Positions 1-11,152 of a DNA stretch of 64,000 nucleotides are shown in pieces. Made by a program: the position numbers and the translations under genes. This DNA comes from Candidatus Algichlamydia australiensis (GTDB taxonomy: Bacteria; Chlamydiota; Chlamydiia; Chlamydiales; JAJFMI01). The stretch lies in NCBI GenBank assembly GCA_033977065.1, contig JAXCHI010000002.1, positions 160,001 through 224,000 of the forward strand, written 5' to 3'. The notes under the pieces were generated by a model that ran no database searches, had not been told where the DNA came from, and was given only the letters and a program-made list of their open reading frames with translations. The first letter of the stretch is position 1. Each line of letters starts with the position of its first letter.

Positions 1-297
1 AAACTCTTTGAAGAAGATCCACAGACAGAAGGCATTCTGATGATTGGTGAAATTGGCGGAGATGCGGAAGAGCAAGCTGCTGCTTGGATTAAAGAAAACT
101 GCACCAAACCCGTTGCGGGATTTATAGCAGGGGTAACAGCGCCTCCAGGGCGCCGTATGGGCCATGCCGGTGCGATTGTCTCTGGTGGACAGGGAACCGC
201 AGAAGCCAAAATCAGAGCGTTGCAAGATGCGGGCGCAGTTGTGACAGAATCGCCTGCAGAGATGGGTAAAGCGATGCAAGAGGCGCTTAGAAAATGA
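1..297 (+). CDS. sucD: Succinyl-CoA synthetase alpha subunit, C-terminal part (5' truncated by window)
   Basis: MIGEIGG...[18 protein letters not shown] phospho-His motif. Confidence 0.97.
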   Translation, partial: KLFEEDPQTEGILMIGEIGGDAEEQAAAWIKENCTKPVAGFIAGVTAPPGRRMGHAGAIVSGGQGTAEAKIRALQDAGAVVTESPAEMGKAMQEALRK

Positions 298-1424
298 ATT
301 TTAAGTTACCCGGAAATATTCCTGTACGCGTCAGCTTTGGCTTCTGGGTAACCGCTGCCATCATTGGCGTTCTCTATAGTTTTAATGTAGTAGGTACCCT
401 GATTTGGATGGCGATCATCTTCATCTCTATCCTCGTCCATGAGTTTGGTCACGCGATTGCTTCGCTTATCTTTGGCCAGCACCCGCGCATTGAGCTCATT
501 CCCTTTGGTGGGCTGACCTATCCCGAAGGAAAAAAAATCTCCAAATTCAAAGAGTTTCTTGTGATCTTCAACGGCCCCTTCTTCGGCATCCTCCTCTTTG
601 CTATCAGCTACGCCATCTTAAAAATCCCCGCCGTAGAAAATAGTTTTTGGAAAGGACCTCTGCTTGTGATGCGCAATGTTAACCTCTTCTGGACTTTGGT
701 GAACTTGCTTCCTGTTTTGCCGCTTGATGGAGGACAACTGATGCGAGTGATTTTTGAAAGCATTTTTAAAAATAAAGGGATTAAAATCGCCCTTATTGCA
801 TCAATCTGCATCTCGATTAGCTTCATTCTGACCTCCTTTCTTATTGGTTACTTTTTGATTGGTGCGATCTTTGCGCTCTTCGCCTTTCAAAATTTTGAGA
901 CTTACCGCCACATGCGCTCTTTTGATGAGAGCGACCGCGATGAAGAGAATCAAGAGCTCATACGCAAGGCAGAAGAGGCTCTCGCAAATGATCACAAGCC
1001 TGTTGCCAAGCCTCTTCTAGAAAAGATTATTAAAAAAACCAGCCGCGGCATGATCTTTAATGCTGCAAGCCAATATCTTGCGAAAATTCTCTACGATGAG
1101 GGAGATGAAAAACGCTCTTACGAGCTGCTTATTCGTGTGCATCGTGACCTGCCCTTTGAAGGAAAACTCCTGCTGCATGAGCTTGCATTTAAAAATGGTA
1201 ACGATCAGATGACCCTGCAACTTGCAGGCGAATGTTTTCAAGAGACACAAAACGCGGAAGTGGCACTGCGCTCTGCAAAAGCGGCGGCACGTCTCAAGCA
1301 AGTCGAGCCTGCCATCGGCTGGCTGCAAGCAGCCGAGCGAGCTGGACTCAAAAATATCGAAACACATCTTAAGGAAAAAGATTTTGATTCTATCCGTAAC
1401 CACCCAAATTTGAACCTATCTTAA
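294..1424 (+). CDS. Site-2 (M50) membrane metalloprotease with C-terminal TPR-like region
   Basis: HEFGH and [11 protein letters not shown] motifs, several TM helices, helical C-terminus. Confidence 0.88.
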   Translation: MNFKLPGNIPVRVSFGFWVTAAIIGVLYSFNVVGTLIWMAIIFISILVHEFGHAIASLIFGQHPRIELIPFGGLTYPEGKKISKFKEFLVIFNGPFFGILLFAISYAILKIPAVENSFWKGPLLVMRNVNLFWTLVNLLPVLPLDGGQLMRVIFESIFKNKGIKIALIASICISISFILTSFLIGYFLIGAIFALFAFQNFETYRHMRSFDESDRDEENQELIRKAEEALANDHKPVAKPLLEKIIKKTSRGMIFNAASQYLAKILYDEGDEKRSYELLIRVHRDLPFEGKLLLHELAFKNGNDQMTLQLAGECFQETQNAEVALRSAKAAARLKQVEPAIGWLQAAERAGLKNIETHLKEKDFDSIRNHPNLNLS

Positions 1425-1489
1425 ATAAACAGGTGTTCCATTTTTTTCACATTTTCGGCTCGATCTATTGGTAAATGAATAGATTAGTC

Positions 1490-2926
1490 CTATTTTGTCT
1501 TAAGTGAGTAAAAGCGCACTTGGCCTTTGTAGTTGATTACAAGGAGGATAGCACTCTTTTTCCCGTCAGACTTTTTGAGAGCCTCGTTGAGGTCATTGAG
1601 GCTACCCACTTTTTGGCGGTTAGCCTGGATGATGATCGATCCTGCAGGGATGCGGGCACTACTACTGATAGAACCGGGTTTTACAGCTGTGATGAGCACG
1701 CCTTCTGTGTCTGTAGGATAGCCGAGTTGTTGGGCTTGTGAGGCAGTAAGTTCCTCAACTTCAAGGCCGATGTTTTGCGCAAGGGCAGAGACGTTGGCAG
1801 TTGTCGTCATTTGCGAGCCGATTGTGATCGGAACTTGCATGATTTTGCCTTCGCGGTTCACTGTAAGTGTGACTTTGGTTCCAGGCTTTGCGAGGCCGAT
1901 TTCATTGCGGATGGAAGTGGGGGAGCGAACAGGTTTTCCATTAATTTCTAAAATGATATCGCCCTGCTTTAGTCCTGCTTTATCTGCAGGTGAGTCGCCC
2001 ATGACACGAGTCACAAGAACGCCTTCTGTTTTTTGTAGATTAAGGCCTTCAGCAAGTCCTTTATCAATCGGTTGCAGTTCTACACCGAGATAGCCGCGGG
2101 TTACTTTTCCATCGGAGAGGATTTGTGACTGGATCGTATTGGCAATGTTGCTGGGAACGGCAAATCCAATGCCCATGCTGCCGCCAGAACGTGAGACGAT
2201 TGCAGTGTTAATGCCAATGACTTCTCCGTCTAAGTTTAGAAGAGGACCACCCGAATTACCGGGATTGATTGCCGCATCTGTTTGAATAAAGTCTTCACGG
2301 TCTGTGATTTGCAAGTTTTGTCTGCCTTTGGCACTTATGTTTCCAATTGTTACTGTCGCCTCTAATCCGAAGGGGTTGCCAATCGCCATGCAAAATTCTG
2401 CAATTTCAACGGCTTCAGAGTCGCCAAAAGGAAGATAATCATAATTTTTCCCGTCAATTTTGATGATGGCAAGGTCTGTTTGTGGATCACCACCAACAAA
2501 GGTCGCTTCGACCTCTTCGCTATGACCATTTTGAATGACAACAGTCAACTTTTTTGCATCGCGCACGACGTGGAAGTTGGTCATGATGTAGCCATCTTGT
2601 GTGAAAATAAAACCAGAGCCCTGGCTGCGCTGCGGCTGTGGCTGACGATGGAATCTAGGGGTGCCTTCAAAAAAACGGCGAAAAAATTCGTCTTGTTGAC
2701 TGAAAGGATTGCTAGGGCCGTAACCTTCGTAGAGATCTTCGCTCGTATAGCCTTCTGTTTTGATGAAGACAACGGCTGGTGTAGCTTTTTTTGCGACGGC
2801 GGAAAAGGCGCGCGATAAGTCTTTTGCGGTGCAGATACACTTCTCATCACTTGTTTTCGATTTAGCTGCTTCGATGTTTGTGCTAATAAGAAGAATTGAA
2901 CTTAATGCAATTGCAGTAAATTTCAT
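1490..2926 (-). CDS. htrA: HtrA/DegP periplasmic serine protease with two PDZ domains
   Basis: Signal peptide, TNFHVV, DLAIIKI, QTDAAINPGNSGGPL, two PDZ-like repeats. Confidence 0.96.
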   Translation of the reverse strand: MKFTAIALSSILLISTNIEAAKSKTSDEKCICTAKDLSRAFSAVAKKATPAVVFIKTEGYTSEDLYEGYGPSNPFSQQDEFFRRFFEGTPRFHRQPQPQRSQGSGFIFTQDGYIMTNFHVVRDAKKLTVVIQNGHSEEVEATFVGGDPQTDLAIIKIDGKNYDYLPFGDSEAVEIAEFCMAIGNPFGLEATVTIGNISAKGRQNLQITDREDFIQTDAAINPGNSGGPLLNLDGEVIGINTAIVSRSGGSMGIGFAVPSNIANTIQSQILSDGKVTRGYLGVELQPIDKGLAEGLNLQKTEGVLVTRVMGDSPADKAGLKQGDIILEINGKPVRSPTSIRNEIGLAKPGTKVTLTVNREGKIMQVPITIGSQMTTTANVSALAQNIGLEVEELTASQAQQLGYPTDTEGVLITAVKPGSISSSARIPAGSIIIQANRQKVGSLNDLNEALKKSDGKKSAILLVINYKGQVRFYSLKTK

Positions 2927-2967
2927 AACGGTTTTCCTTTTTCAATATTTCTTTAGTTTATCTTCAT

Positions 2968-5898
2968 CTATGCAATTTGGCAAGAGATGGTTTCTTGCAA
3001 TGAATGGGTAGGGATTTTTTCTTTTTCTAAAAGTTCTTTAGCAGCAAAGGTAGCATAAAGAGCACTCTCTTTTTTAGAGAGTAGATGCTCTTTGGCCACA
3101 CGCGCAACCTCTTCCGGCTTTGCCGATAGGATGCGATCGCGCCACTCTTGGCGTCGTTTTACTGTTTTTCCTTCACGGAGTGCAAAGTATTCTGCAGAGG
3201 CACGCGCGCTTGGGGAAATCGGCATATCCAAATTTTGCAATAAAAGTAGCTGCGCCTCTTCTAAATCAGCTGCGGTGAAGTTGCCACTGGCAACTTCTTC
3301 GATACCTTTATCAAATGCTTTGAGTGTGGATTGAATGTGCGGATCGCGTGAGCCGAGGCAGATAAAATGACCGGTTAAGGGATTGTAACCGGCACCAGAG
3401 CCGTAAGCACCACCCTGTTCGCGGATTGTTTTATGTAAGACTTTATTTTCCATCAGTTTTGGTACGAGTAGAAGAAGCGGTGCATCGGGATTTGTCGAGG
3501 TAATTGTGCGGAAACCCCAGCCGGTAAAGGCAACAGGGGATGCGATTGCTCTTCCTTGTGAGGTAATAGAGAGCAGCTCTTCGTTTGTTTTCCAGGGAGT
3601 AAAGGGTTTGGCTGAAATTTTGCTAAGATTAAAGAAATTTTCTTTTTTAAGTCTTTGGTAGTCTTCTTCATCGCAGCTAATGATGAGATTCGGTTGATGA
3701 AAATGGAGAATTTTTTCCTTTAACTCTACAAGTTTTGCTAGCAATTCATCCGCAAGTCGATCAAAGTTTGTGGCGAGATGTTCAATAAATTGGTAGTAGT
3801 GCAAGCCAAAGCTCTGCTCTTTAATACTTCCAGAAGGCGAGCAACCAGCAGTAGCAAGAGAGAGGGCATAACTCATTGGACTGCTTTGTACTTTGCTCTG
3901 GAGTCCGGTGTACATTTGTAGCACTAGCTCGCGAATACGCTCTTTTTCATCAAAGCGCACCTCTCTTGCTGTCTCAATCAGGGTTTGTAGCATCGCTCCT
4001 GCATTGCGAGAGAGGGCTTTAGAAGAGAGGGAGAATGAGGGGCGCATCTGATTAGGATCATCAAATTGTGTATTGAGGGAACTGGAGGCCCAAATGCCGC
4101 CTGTAATACTTTCAAGGTGCTGCAAGTTTTGCGCGAAATCGCGCTCTGCGCAGCCAAGTTCTGGAAGCAACTTGGTAAAAAGAGTGAAGTAGGGAAGCTC
4201 TTCTGCTTCAAGTGCAGGTGTGTCAAAAACAAGTTGAGCATAGACAAGGCCGTTAGTGAAGCAGTTGTGTGAAAAGACGGTTAGATGATCAAATTTTTCT
4301 TCGCGCAGTGGGAAGCTACGCGCTTTGGTATCCACATCTTCAAGACTCACTTTTGGCAAACAACTTAAGTCTTGACCCTCTTGTTTCTCTTGCAGCTCTT
4401 TTAAATCTTTTGCTTGGGCAATAATCTGTTTTTTTTGTTCATCTGTTAGCTGTTTTTCTATTTCCGTAAGCCGCTCTTTTTCTTCTTGGTCTTCACGCTC
4501 TCCACGTTTAGGATCGGGCTCCATTGTCAGGTTGACAAAATGCGGGTTATCAAGGAAATACTTTCTCAGCAGGTCTGTGAGGTAGTTTTGATCTTTTAGC
4601 TTCTCTTCGATCTGGTCAAAGAGCGCATGCAGTTGCAGTCCGCGCGCAGGATCGATGTTGTGCTGTTTTAGCAATCCAGAACGGAAGAAGAGTGTGAGAC
4701 CAAATGGTGTAGACCCACTTGTTGTTTCTAGTCGGTCGAGCTCGAGCTGGTGGAGGGAATTTTGAATAAGCTTTGGATCAATTCCCTCATTCGCAATCTC
4801 CTCTAAGCTCTCGCGTACAAGCTTTTCAATCGCCTCAGCACTCTCTTTTTTTGCTCCGCGACAAAAGATCAGATAGGGAATCTCATGCATATCTGTGTCC
4901 ATAAATCCATCAGCGTGTGTGCAGAGCCCTGATGCGAGCAGACGACGTTTGAGCGGCGATGCGTCCGTATCCATTAGTGTTGATTCTAGTAAACTTAAGC
5001 CCAGCAAATCCTCCTGATTTTGGATTGGTACTGTGAGCCAGCCAAGCGCCACAAACGATTTTCCCTCTAGTTCTGTGTCGCTTGTCGGGTAGGTATCACA
5101 AACGCGTTTGGGTGCCGTGAATCTTCTTTGAGAAGCGATTGGTGGGAGTGGTTGTTTGAGCTCCGCCTCATGTAAAACATTTTTCTCAATAAAATCGAGA
5201 TGCCCCTCTAAAGGCAAGTTGCCATAAAAATAGAAGAGACAGCGGCTAGGATGGTAAAACGTTTTATGAAAGCCGAGGAATTCCTCATAACTTAAGTTGG
5301 GAATATCGCGCGGATCGCCTCCCGAATTAAAGGCGTAAGGGGTGTCAGGTAATAGGAGTTCATTGATCTTATGCCAGGTGCGCATTTCAGGGGAAGCGAC
5401 TGAACCTTTCATCTCATTAAAAACAATTCCTTTGTAAATCAAATTCTCTGCTTCATCAAAGTCAAAGCGGTGTCCCTCCTGACGAAAGCTCAACTCGTTC
5501 AATTCAGGGTAGAAAACAGCATCCAAGTAGACGCCTAGCAAATTATAAAAGTCTTTCTTTACCTGCGTAGCACATGGATAGCAGGTCATATCTTGACCTG
5601 TTAACGCATTCATGTACGTATTGAGGCTGCGGCGATTCATAGAGAAGAAGGGATCCTTTACAGGATATTTTTTGGAGCCGCATAAAACTGTATGCTCAAG
5701 AATATGAGGCGCGCCATTGGAGCTCTCTGGCAATGTCTGAAACGAGAGACAAAAAACATTTTCCTTGTCGTCACAGGCAATGTGCATGACCTTGGCTCCG
5801 CTCGGCCTGTGGGTCAGTTCGATTAATGTCGCTTTTAGCTCTTCAATTGGCTCACTTCGCATGCAAACAAAATTGCCGTATTCTTGGTCTTTCTTCAT
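2968..5898 (-). CDS. M16C insulinase/presequence-protease-like metallopeptidase
   Basis: HILEHTVLCGS inverted zinc motif, REQGGAYG motif, 976 aa. Confidence 0.94.
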   Translation of the reverse strand: MKKDQEYGNFVCMRSEPIEELKATLIELTHRPSGAKVMHIACDDKENVFCLSFQTLPESSNGAPHILEHTVLCGSKKYPVKDPFFSMNRRSLNTYMNALTGQDMTCYPCATQVKKDFYNLLGVYLDAVFYPELNELSFRQEGHRFDFDEAENLIYKGIVFNEMKGSVASPEMRTWHKINELLLPDTPYAFNSGGDPRDIPNLSYEEFLGFHKTFYHPSRCLFYFYGNLPLEGHLDFIEKNVLHEAELKQPLPPIASQRRFTAPKRVCDTYPTSDTELEGKSFVALGWLTVPIQNQEDLLGLSLLESTLMDTDASPLKRRLLASGLCTHADGFMDTDMHEIPYLIFCRGAKKESAEAIEKLVRESLEEIANEGIDPKLIQNSLHQLELDRLETTSGSTPFGLTLFFRSGLLKQHNIDPARGLQLHALFDQIEEKLKDQNYLTDLLRKYFLDNPHFVNLTMEPDPKRGEREDQEEKERLTEIEKQLTDEQKKQIIAQAKDLKELQEKQEGQDLSCLPKVSLEDVDTKARSFPLREEKFDHLTVFSHNCFTNGLVYAQLVFDTPALEAEELPYFTLFTKLLPELGCAERDFAQNLQHLESITGGIWASSSLNTQFDDPNQMRPSFSLSSKALSRNAGAMLQTLIETAREVRFDEKERIRELVLQMYTGLQSKVQSSPMSYALSLATAGCSPSGSIKEQSFGLHYYQFIEHLATNFDRLADELLAKLVELKEKILHFHQPNLIISCDEEDYQRLKKENFFNLSKISAKPFTPWKTNEELLSITSQGRAIASPVAFTGWGFRTITSTNPDAPLLLLVPKLMENKVLHKTIREQGGAYGSGAGYNPLTGHFICLGSRDPHIQSTLKAFDKGIEEVASGNFTAADLEEAQLLLLQNLDMPISPSARASAEYFALREGKTVKRRQEWRDRILSAKPEEVARVAKEHLLSKKESALYATFAAKELLEKEKIPTHSLQETISCQIA

Positions 5899-5968
5899 AG
5901 AGCCCCAGTATACGACAACTCTCTTTTTTTAATTAACTCAAGATCACTAATCGCATCTTCGTCAAGGT

Positions 5969-5988
5969 TTTTCTGTTACAGAGTACTA
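5969..5988. repeat. Terminal remnant of fold-back family B
   Basis: ttttctgttacagagtacta matches the terminus of element 18563-18725 and shares its TA with element A1. Confidence 0.75.
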
Positions 5989-6149
5989 GATAGTGTCGTC
6001 AAAAGGCTATAATCAGATTATTTTTCATGTTTGCAGCTTATTTTTGTGCGGAAAATGAAGCTGAATTTGTAAATTCCGCTTCATTTGAGCACAAAAATGG
6101 AGCCCAAACATGAAAAATAAGATGGTTGTATGCTTTTGACGACGCTATC
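5989..6149. mobile_element. Fold-back MITE-like element, family A copy 1 (161 bp)
   Basis: GATAGTGTCGTCAAAAG...CTTTTGACGACGCTATC, palindromic over its whole length, TA on both sides; reverse complement of 36512-36672 with one difference seen. Confidence 0.92.
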
Positions 6150-6188
6150 TAGACAACTCGGTCAAAATAATCCAAAAGCTAGATGAAA

Positions 6189-6208
6189 GGCACCCCGAAA
6201 GGGGCGCC
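6189..6208 (-). terminator. Likely intrinsic terminator after nrdB
   Basis: ggcacccc-gaaa-ggggcgcc hairpin 11 nt past the nrdB stop, followed by a short U tract on the minus strand. Confidence 0.6.
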
Positions 6209-6219
6209 CATTGAAGAGA

Positions 6220-7260
6220 CTACCAAGTGAGGCTGGCAGAAGATTGGTACTCGTTGACGCGGGTTTCAAAGAAGTTCTTCTCTTTGCCCAGATCAATTGT
6301 TTCGCTCATCCAGGGGAAGGGGTTGCTCGATCCATAGAGCGCTTTGAGGCCGATACGCTCGAGGCGACGGTCAGCGATGTGCTGCACGTACTCGCGGAAC
6401 ATCGGAGCCGTGAGGCCGAGGATGCCTTTAGGAAGGCAGTCAACAGCGTACTGATACTCCAGTTCAACAGCCTCTTTGATCAGACCGATGATGTGCTGCT
6501 GGAACTCGGGGGTCCAGAGGTGGGGATTTTCCTCCTTGATTCCGTTAATCAAGTCGATGCCAAAGTTCAAATGGATGGTCTCATCGCGCAGAATGTATTG
6601 GAACTGCTCGCCGATTCCGGTCATTTTATTTTGGCGGTGTAGAGAGAGAATCATTGCAAAGCCGCTGTAGAAGAAGAGACCTTCCATAATGATATAATAG
6701 CCGATCAGGTTTTCTAAGAATTTTTGCGCACCTTCAGTTGTTTCAGTTGTGAAATTTTCGTTCAGCATATCTTCGGTAAGCTGCATCTCAAATTTATCTT
6801 TAGCTTGTATAGCAGGGATTTCGTTGTACATGTTGAAGATTTCACCTTGGTCAAGGTTAAGAGACTCAACTATGTAGTGGAAGGTGTGAGTGTGGATCGC
6901 TTCTTCAAACCCTTGGCGTAGGAGATATTGGCGCGCTTCGGGGTTAGTCAGATGTTTATAGATACCGAGAACAATGTTGTTGCCAACTAAGCTCTCTGCT
7001 GTGCTAAAGAAGCCGAGGTTGCGCATGATCAGCCGGCGCTCTGCTTCTGTAAGCTCATTAGACTTCCAAAGTTCGATGTCTTTTGCCATCGGTACTTCTG
7101 TTGGCATCCAGTGGTTAGCACAACCATTGAGATAGTGCTCCCATGCCCAACCATATTTGAGGGGCATCAGTTGGTTGACATCAACTTTGGTGCAGTTAAT
7201 CAGTTTTTTTTCATTTGCTTGGACGCGCTTATTTTCGCCGTCTTTAATATGTTCTTCCAT
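6220..7260 (-). CDS. nrdB: Ribonucleotide reductase beta subunit, class Ic (Mn/Fe) type
   Basis: EEAIHTHTF (Phe at the radical-Tyr position), STAESLV (Glu first ligand), [16 protein letters not shown]. Confidence 0.96.
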   Translation of the reverse strand: MEEHIKDGENKRVQANEKKLINCTKVDVNQLMPLKYGWAWEHYLNGCANHWMPTEVPMAKDIELWKSNELTEAERRLIMRNLGFFSTAESLVGNNIVLGIYKHLTNPEARQYLLRQGFEEAIHTHTFHYIVESLNLDQGEIFNMYNEIPAIQAKDKFEMQLTEDMLNENFTTETTEGAQKFLENLIGYYIIMEGLFFYSGFAMILSLHRQNKMTGIGEQFQYILRDETIHLNFGIDLINGIKEENPHLWTPEFQQHIIGLIKEAVELEYQYAVDCLPKGILGLTAPMFREYVQHIADRRLERIGLKALYGSSNPFPWMSETIDLGKEKNFFETRVNEYQSSASLTW

Positions 7261-7276
7261 TATTAACCTCTTTTTT

Positions 7277-7439
7277 AGGAGACACTGAACGACTCATGCA
7301 CCGTTATCTGGGCCGATAAATTCTAGAAGAGATTATTTTCGATCTCCATCAACTTGCAAAAGTTGATTGCGATTTCCAAATAATCTTTTCTAGATTTTTC
7401 AGCTCGGTCTAACGGCACAGCAGCTATTCAGCGGCTCCT
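7277..7439. mobile_element. Fold-back element, family C copy 1 (163 bp), filling the nrdA-nrdB spacer
   Basis: AGGAGACACTGAA...TTCAGCGGCTCCT ends, central atcaact/agttgat hairpin; homologous to 10805-10967. Confidence 0.88.
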
Positions 7440-7444
7440 TTTTT

Positions 7445-10400
7445 TTATTGACAGCTCTCGCATCCCTCTTCGAGATTGCATACTGGTACATCTACTTTTT
7501 CAGCGCGATCAACTTTGACGCGGGCAGAGGGGGATTCGCTCTTCATCCAGCGCGGTTGCAGTCCGCGTTTATTGATGTCTGTTGTAGATTTTTCTACTTG
7601 CGTGGCTCCAAGTGTACGCAGATAGTAGGTTGTTTTCAAGCCGCGTTTCCACGCTAACATGTACATCTGGTGCAGTTTTTTTCCACTCGGTTCACCCATG
7701 AAGAGATTGAGGGATTGGCCCATATCAATCCATTTTTGACGACGCGAGCCACACTCGATAATCCATTCGGGATCAATCTCAAAACAAGTCGCAAAGAGTT
7801 GTTTAACATCATCTGGAATGCGCTCAATTTCACTGATGACGCCATCAAAATATTTTAGATCATCCAGCATCTCTTCATCCCAGAGGTTCATTGACTTCAA
7901 CTTTTCAATGAGGTGGGTGTTAGGTACTGTAAACTCACCAGAGAGGTTGGATTTAGCAAAAAGATGCTTGTAGGTCGGCTCAATGGTAGGAGTGACTCCA
8001 GCAATATTGGAAATCGTTGCTGTTGGAGCGATAGCCATTGTATTGGAGTTGCGCATACCAAATTGCTTGATATGGTTGCGTACGGGTTGCCAATCCATGC
8101 GAGTCGTGCGATCTACTTCAAAGTTGCCGCCACGCTCTTTTTCAACTAAGTCAAGGGTGTCGATTGGAAGAAGACCACGATCCCATTTTGACCCCTTGAA
8201 ACTTTCGTAGGCTCCACGCTCTTTTGCTAGCTCACTGGAGGAGAGGATAGCGTAGTAGGAGATCATCTCTTGACTCTTATCAGCAAACTCAACGGCTTCA
8301 TGTGAGGCAAAAGAGATCTCTTGCATGTAGAGCGCATCTTGGAAGCCCATTACGCCAAGACCGATAGGACGGTGGCGTGCATTGGCATTTTTGGTTTCTG
8401 GAATGGGGTAGAAATTGATGTCGATCACATTATCAAGCATGCGAATTGCGGTGCGCACAGTTTTGGCAAGACGCTCTTCATTGATACCTTGGGGTGTGGT
8501 GTGTTTAGCAAGGTTGACAGAGCCAAGGTTGCAGACAGCTGTCTCTTTATCAGAGGTATTTAAAAGAATCTCTGTACAGAGGTTGGAGCAGTGCACGACG
8601 CCTTCGTGATCTTGTGGAGAGCGGATGTTTGAGGGATCTTTGAACGTGATCCAGGGGTGGCCTGTTTCAAAGAGCATGCTGAGCATTTTTCGCCAGAGGG
8701 TCATCGCTTCCATTGTTTTGAAGCTGCGAATTTTTCCTTCTGCTGCCATCTTCTCGTACTCCTCATAGCGTTTTTCAAACGCTGCACCATAAAGATCGTG
8801 TAGATCGGAGACTTCATCAGGACTAAAGAGCGTCCAGTTACCATTTTCTGCCAAGCGTTTCATGAAAAGATCGGGAATCCAGTTGGCAGTATTCATGTCG
8901 TGGCAGCGGCGACGCTCATCACCCGTATTTTTGCGTAGTTCTAGGAAATCTTCGATGTCAAGGTGCCACGTTTCCAGGTAACAACAGCTCGTACCTTTGC
9001 GTTTCCCGCCCTGGTTTACAGCTACAGTGGTGTCATTCACAATTTTTAAGAAGGGGACAACGCCCTGGCTCTGACCATTGGTGCCTTTGATACGGGCTCC
9101 GGTGGCGCGTACATTGGTCCAGTCGTTGCCGATACCGCCGGCCCATTTTGCTAGCTGCGCATTATCGGAAATCACTTTAAAGATGTGCACGAGATCATCG
9201 TAGACAGTGCCGAGGAAGCAAGAGGAGAGCTGCGAGTGGTTGGTACCGGAGTTAAAGAGAGTAGGTGTTGAAGAGACAAAGTAAAACTGTGAAAGCAGAT
9301 TGTAAAACTCAATTGCACGCTCGGTTTTTTTCTCTTCGCGAATGGCAAGACCCATTGCTACACGCATCCAGAAGACTTGTGGCGTTTCAATGCGGCGTCC
9401 CTCATCGTGAATGAAGTAGCGATCGTAGAGCGTTTGAATCCCCAAGTAAGTGAAAAGAAGATCATTTTTTAGGTCCATCGCTTCAGCTAAGCGATCGAGA
9501 TCAAAATCTAAAAGTTCTTCTGAAACACGATGGATGCTAATGCCGTGCTTGATATACTTTTTCAAGTAATCTTTGTGCTCTTTAATCAGTCGTGGGTCGC
9601 TGGCAGAGACGCCGATTGTTTCGCGATAAATCTGGTCAAGAAGAAGTCTGGCGGAGGCAAATGAGTAGTTAGGATCGACTTCAATTTTGGCTCGTGTTGC
9701 CATAATAAGAGCTGTATCGATCTCCTCCTCTTTAATCCCTTCGTAGAAGTTGAGAGTGGTATTGTGCACAAGAAGGTCGACATCAACATCTTTCAAGTCA
9801 CGACAAGCAAACTGTAAGCGTCTTCTAATTTCTGATTCGGTAAGCTGCTTCTCTTTGCCCTCACGATCCGTGTAAGTGAAATATTTCTCTTCTTTGATCT
9901 CTCTTTCTGCTGCAATTTCGGAGGGAGCTTTCTGTTGGCCCACCAATGATCTATAGAGAATGTACTCCTTAGCAACATCAAAATAGCCCTCATGCATCAA
10001 GGCATCTTCAATACTATCTTGGAGTTTGTGCAGTGTGAGCGTACCTCCCTCTTTCACAAGAAGCATCGCTTTTTCTACAACAATTTCTGTAAGGAGGTTG
10101 ACAGCTGAGATTACCTCTTCTGGTGAGGTTCCTTGGATATGGAATGTACGGTGAAAAGCTTTTTCAATTGAGGAGGCAATTTTAATCGGCTTAAAGCGCA
10201 CAGGAGCGGTGCTGCCTTCGCGGAAAATTTTAAGGTTTTCGGGAGAGTCTTCACGGATCTGTTTGTGGTGATCGCGGTAGATGATATAATCGCGAGCAAC
10301 ATCGTGATGGCCTTTCTTCATCAAAGTGACCTCAACTAAATCCTGAATCCCTTCTACAGTAATGGAGATGCCCTTTTGAGCGAGCTCTGTGATCTGTTCC

Positions 10401-10651
10401 ACAACAAGGTTTGTGAGATTTTCAATCGATTTTGCCACATCTTCTGGAAGAGGATTGGGGGTTGCGACTTTTTTCGTATCGCGAAACGCAAGCTCAATCG
10501 CTTTTAAGATCAGTTCTTTATGAAAGGGAACAATCGTACCATTACGTTTGACCACCGTAAATGTGGTGATCGTACCTTTTTTCATGCTGCCCGCAATTTT
10601 ACTAATCAGTTTTTCTTTGGGCTCTCTTCCTGCTCTTTTTGTCTCTCTCAT
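7445..10651 (-). CDS. nrdA: Ribonucleotide reductase alpha subunit with multiple N-terminal ATP cones
   Basis: VVKRNG cone, [29 protein letters not shown]-terminal CESCQ. Confidence 0.97.
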   Translation of the reverse strand: MRETKRAGREPKEKLISKIAGSMKKGTITTFTVVKRNGTIVPFHKELILKAIELAFRDTKKVATPNPLPEDVAKSIENLTNLVVEQITELAQKGISITVEGIQDLVEVTLMKKGHHDVARDYIIYRDHHKQIREDSPENLKIFREGSTAPVRFKPIKIASSIEKAFHRTFHIQGTSPEEVISAVNLLTEIVVEKAMLLVKEGGTLTLHKLQDSIEDALMHEGYFDVAKEYILYRSLVGQQKAPSEIAAEREIKEEKYFTYTDREGKEKQLTESEIRRRLQFACRDLKDVDVDLLVHNTTLNFYEGIKEEEIDTALIMATRAKIEVDPNYSFASARLLLDQIYRETIGVSASDPRLIKEHKDYLKKYIKHGISIHRVSEELLDFDLDRLAEAMDLKNDLLFTYLGIQTLYDRYFIHDEGRRIETPQVFWMRVAMGLAIREEKKTERAIEFYNLLSQFYFVSSTPTLFNSGTNHSQLSSCFLGTVYDDLVHIFKVISDNAQLAKWAGGIGNDWTNVRATGARIKGTNGQSQGVVPFLKIVNDTTVAVNQGGKRKGTSCCYLETWHLDIEDFLELRKNTGDERRRCHDMNTANWIPDLFMKRLAENGNWTLFSPDEVSDLHDLYGAAFEKRYEEYEKMAAEGKIRSFKTMEAMTLWRKMLSMLFETGHPWITFKDPSNIRSPQDHEGVVHCSNLCTEILLNTSDKETAVCNLGSVNLAKHTTPQGINEERLAKTVRTAIRMLDNVIDINFYPIPETKNANARHRPIGLGVMGFQDALYMQEISFASHEAVEFADKSQEMISYYAILSSSELAKERGAYESFKGSKWDRGLLPIDTLDLVEKERGGNFEVDRTTRMDWQPVRNHIKQFGMRNSNTMAIAPTATISNIAGVTPTIEPTYKHLFAKSNLSGEFTVPNTHLIEKLKSMNLWDEEMLDDLKYFDGVISEIERIPDDVKQLFATCFEIDPEWIIECGSRRQKWIDMGQSLNLFMGEPSGKKLHQMYMLAWKRGLKTTYYLRTLGATQVEKSTTDINKRGLQPRWMKSESPSARVKVDRAEKVDVPVCNLEEGCESCQ

Positions 10652-10664
10652 ATTTCTCCTCGAA

Positions 10665-10712
10665 TTACCATATATTGTGGTTATAACCTTTCCATTACAC
10701 TATATATTGTAG
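10665..10712. promoter_or_regulatory. Tandem NrdR boxes upstream of nrdA
   Basis: ttaccatatattgtgg (10665-10680) and acactatatattgtag (10697-10712) match acaCwAtATaTwGtg; starts 32 bp apart. Confidence 0.88.
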
Positions 10713-10804
10713 AACGATAGATTAAGTCTAGGAAAAAAATTCCTTCCTATGAACGCGTGTTTTGGCGTGACAAGAGTCTGTTTTTCTGTTATAAATGAAG
10801 TATG

Positions 10805-10967
10805 AGGAAACATTGAACAATTCATGTACCGCTATCTCGGCCGAGAAATTCTAAGAAACTGCATTTTCAATCTTCATCAACTTAATACAGTTGATTGCGA
10901 TCTCCAAATGAAGTTTTTTAGAATTTTCGGCTCGACCTACCGGCACAGCAACTGTTCAGTGTTTCCC
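10805..10967. mobile_element. Fold-back element, family C copy 2 (163 bp)
   Basis: AGGAAACATTGAAC...GTTCAGTGTTTCCC followed by TA; colinear with 7277-7439. Confidence 0.88.
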
Positions 10968-10969
10968 TA

Positions 10970-11133
10970 AGGAGATACTGAATAACTGCTCTTTTCGAGA
11001 AGAGATCAAAAAATGAGGACAAATTGGTTTTGGAGAACGGAGCTAACTCCAATATGAGTTAGTGAGTTTGAAAAACCGATTTGGACCAATTTTTGATCCC
11101 TTATCGAGAAGTCTGAGTTATTCAATGTTTCCC
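10970..11133. mobile_element. Fold-back element, family D copy 1 (164 bp), abutting C2 via a shared TA
   Basis: AGGAGATACTGAATAAC...GTTATTCAATGTTTCCC, TA-flanked, central ctaactc/gagttag; reverse-complement homolog at 52990-53152. Confidence 0.88.
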
Positions 11134-11152
11134 TAAGAGAAGGATTAAAGTC

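Noticed and set aside
6211..6642. 143-aa antisense ORF over nrdB
   Set aside because: Shadow of the GC-rich codon usage in nrdB's 3' half.
7445..10651. Intein or intron explaining the long NrdA
   Set aside because: The extra length is N-terminal ATP-cone repeats; the catalytic motifs are contiguous and no splicing motifs are seen.
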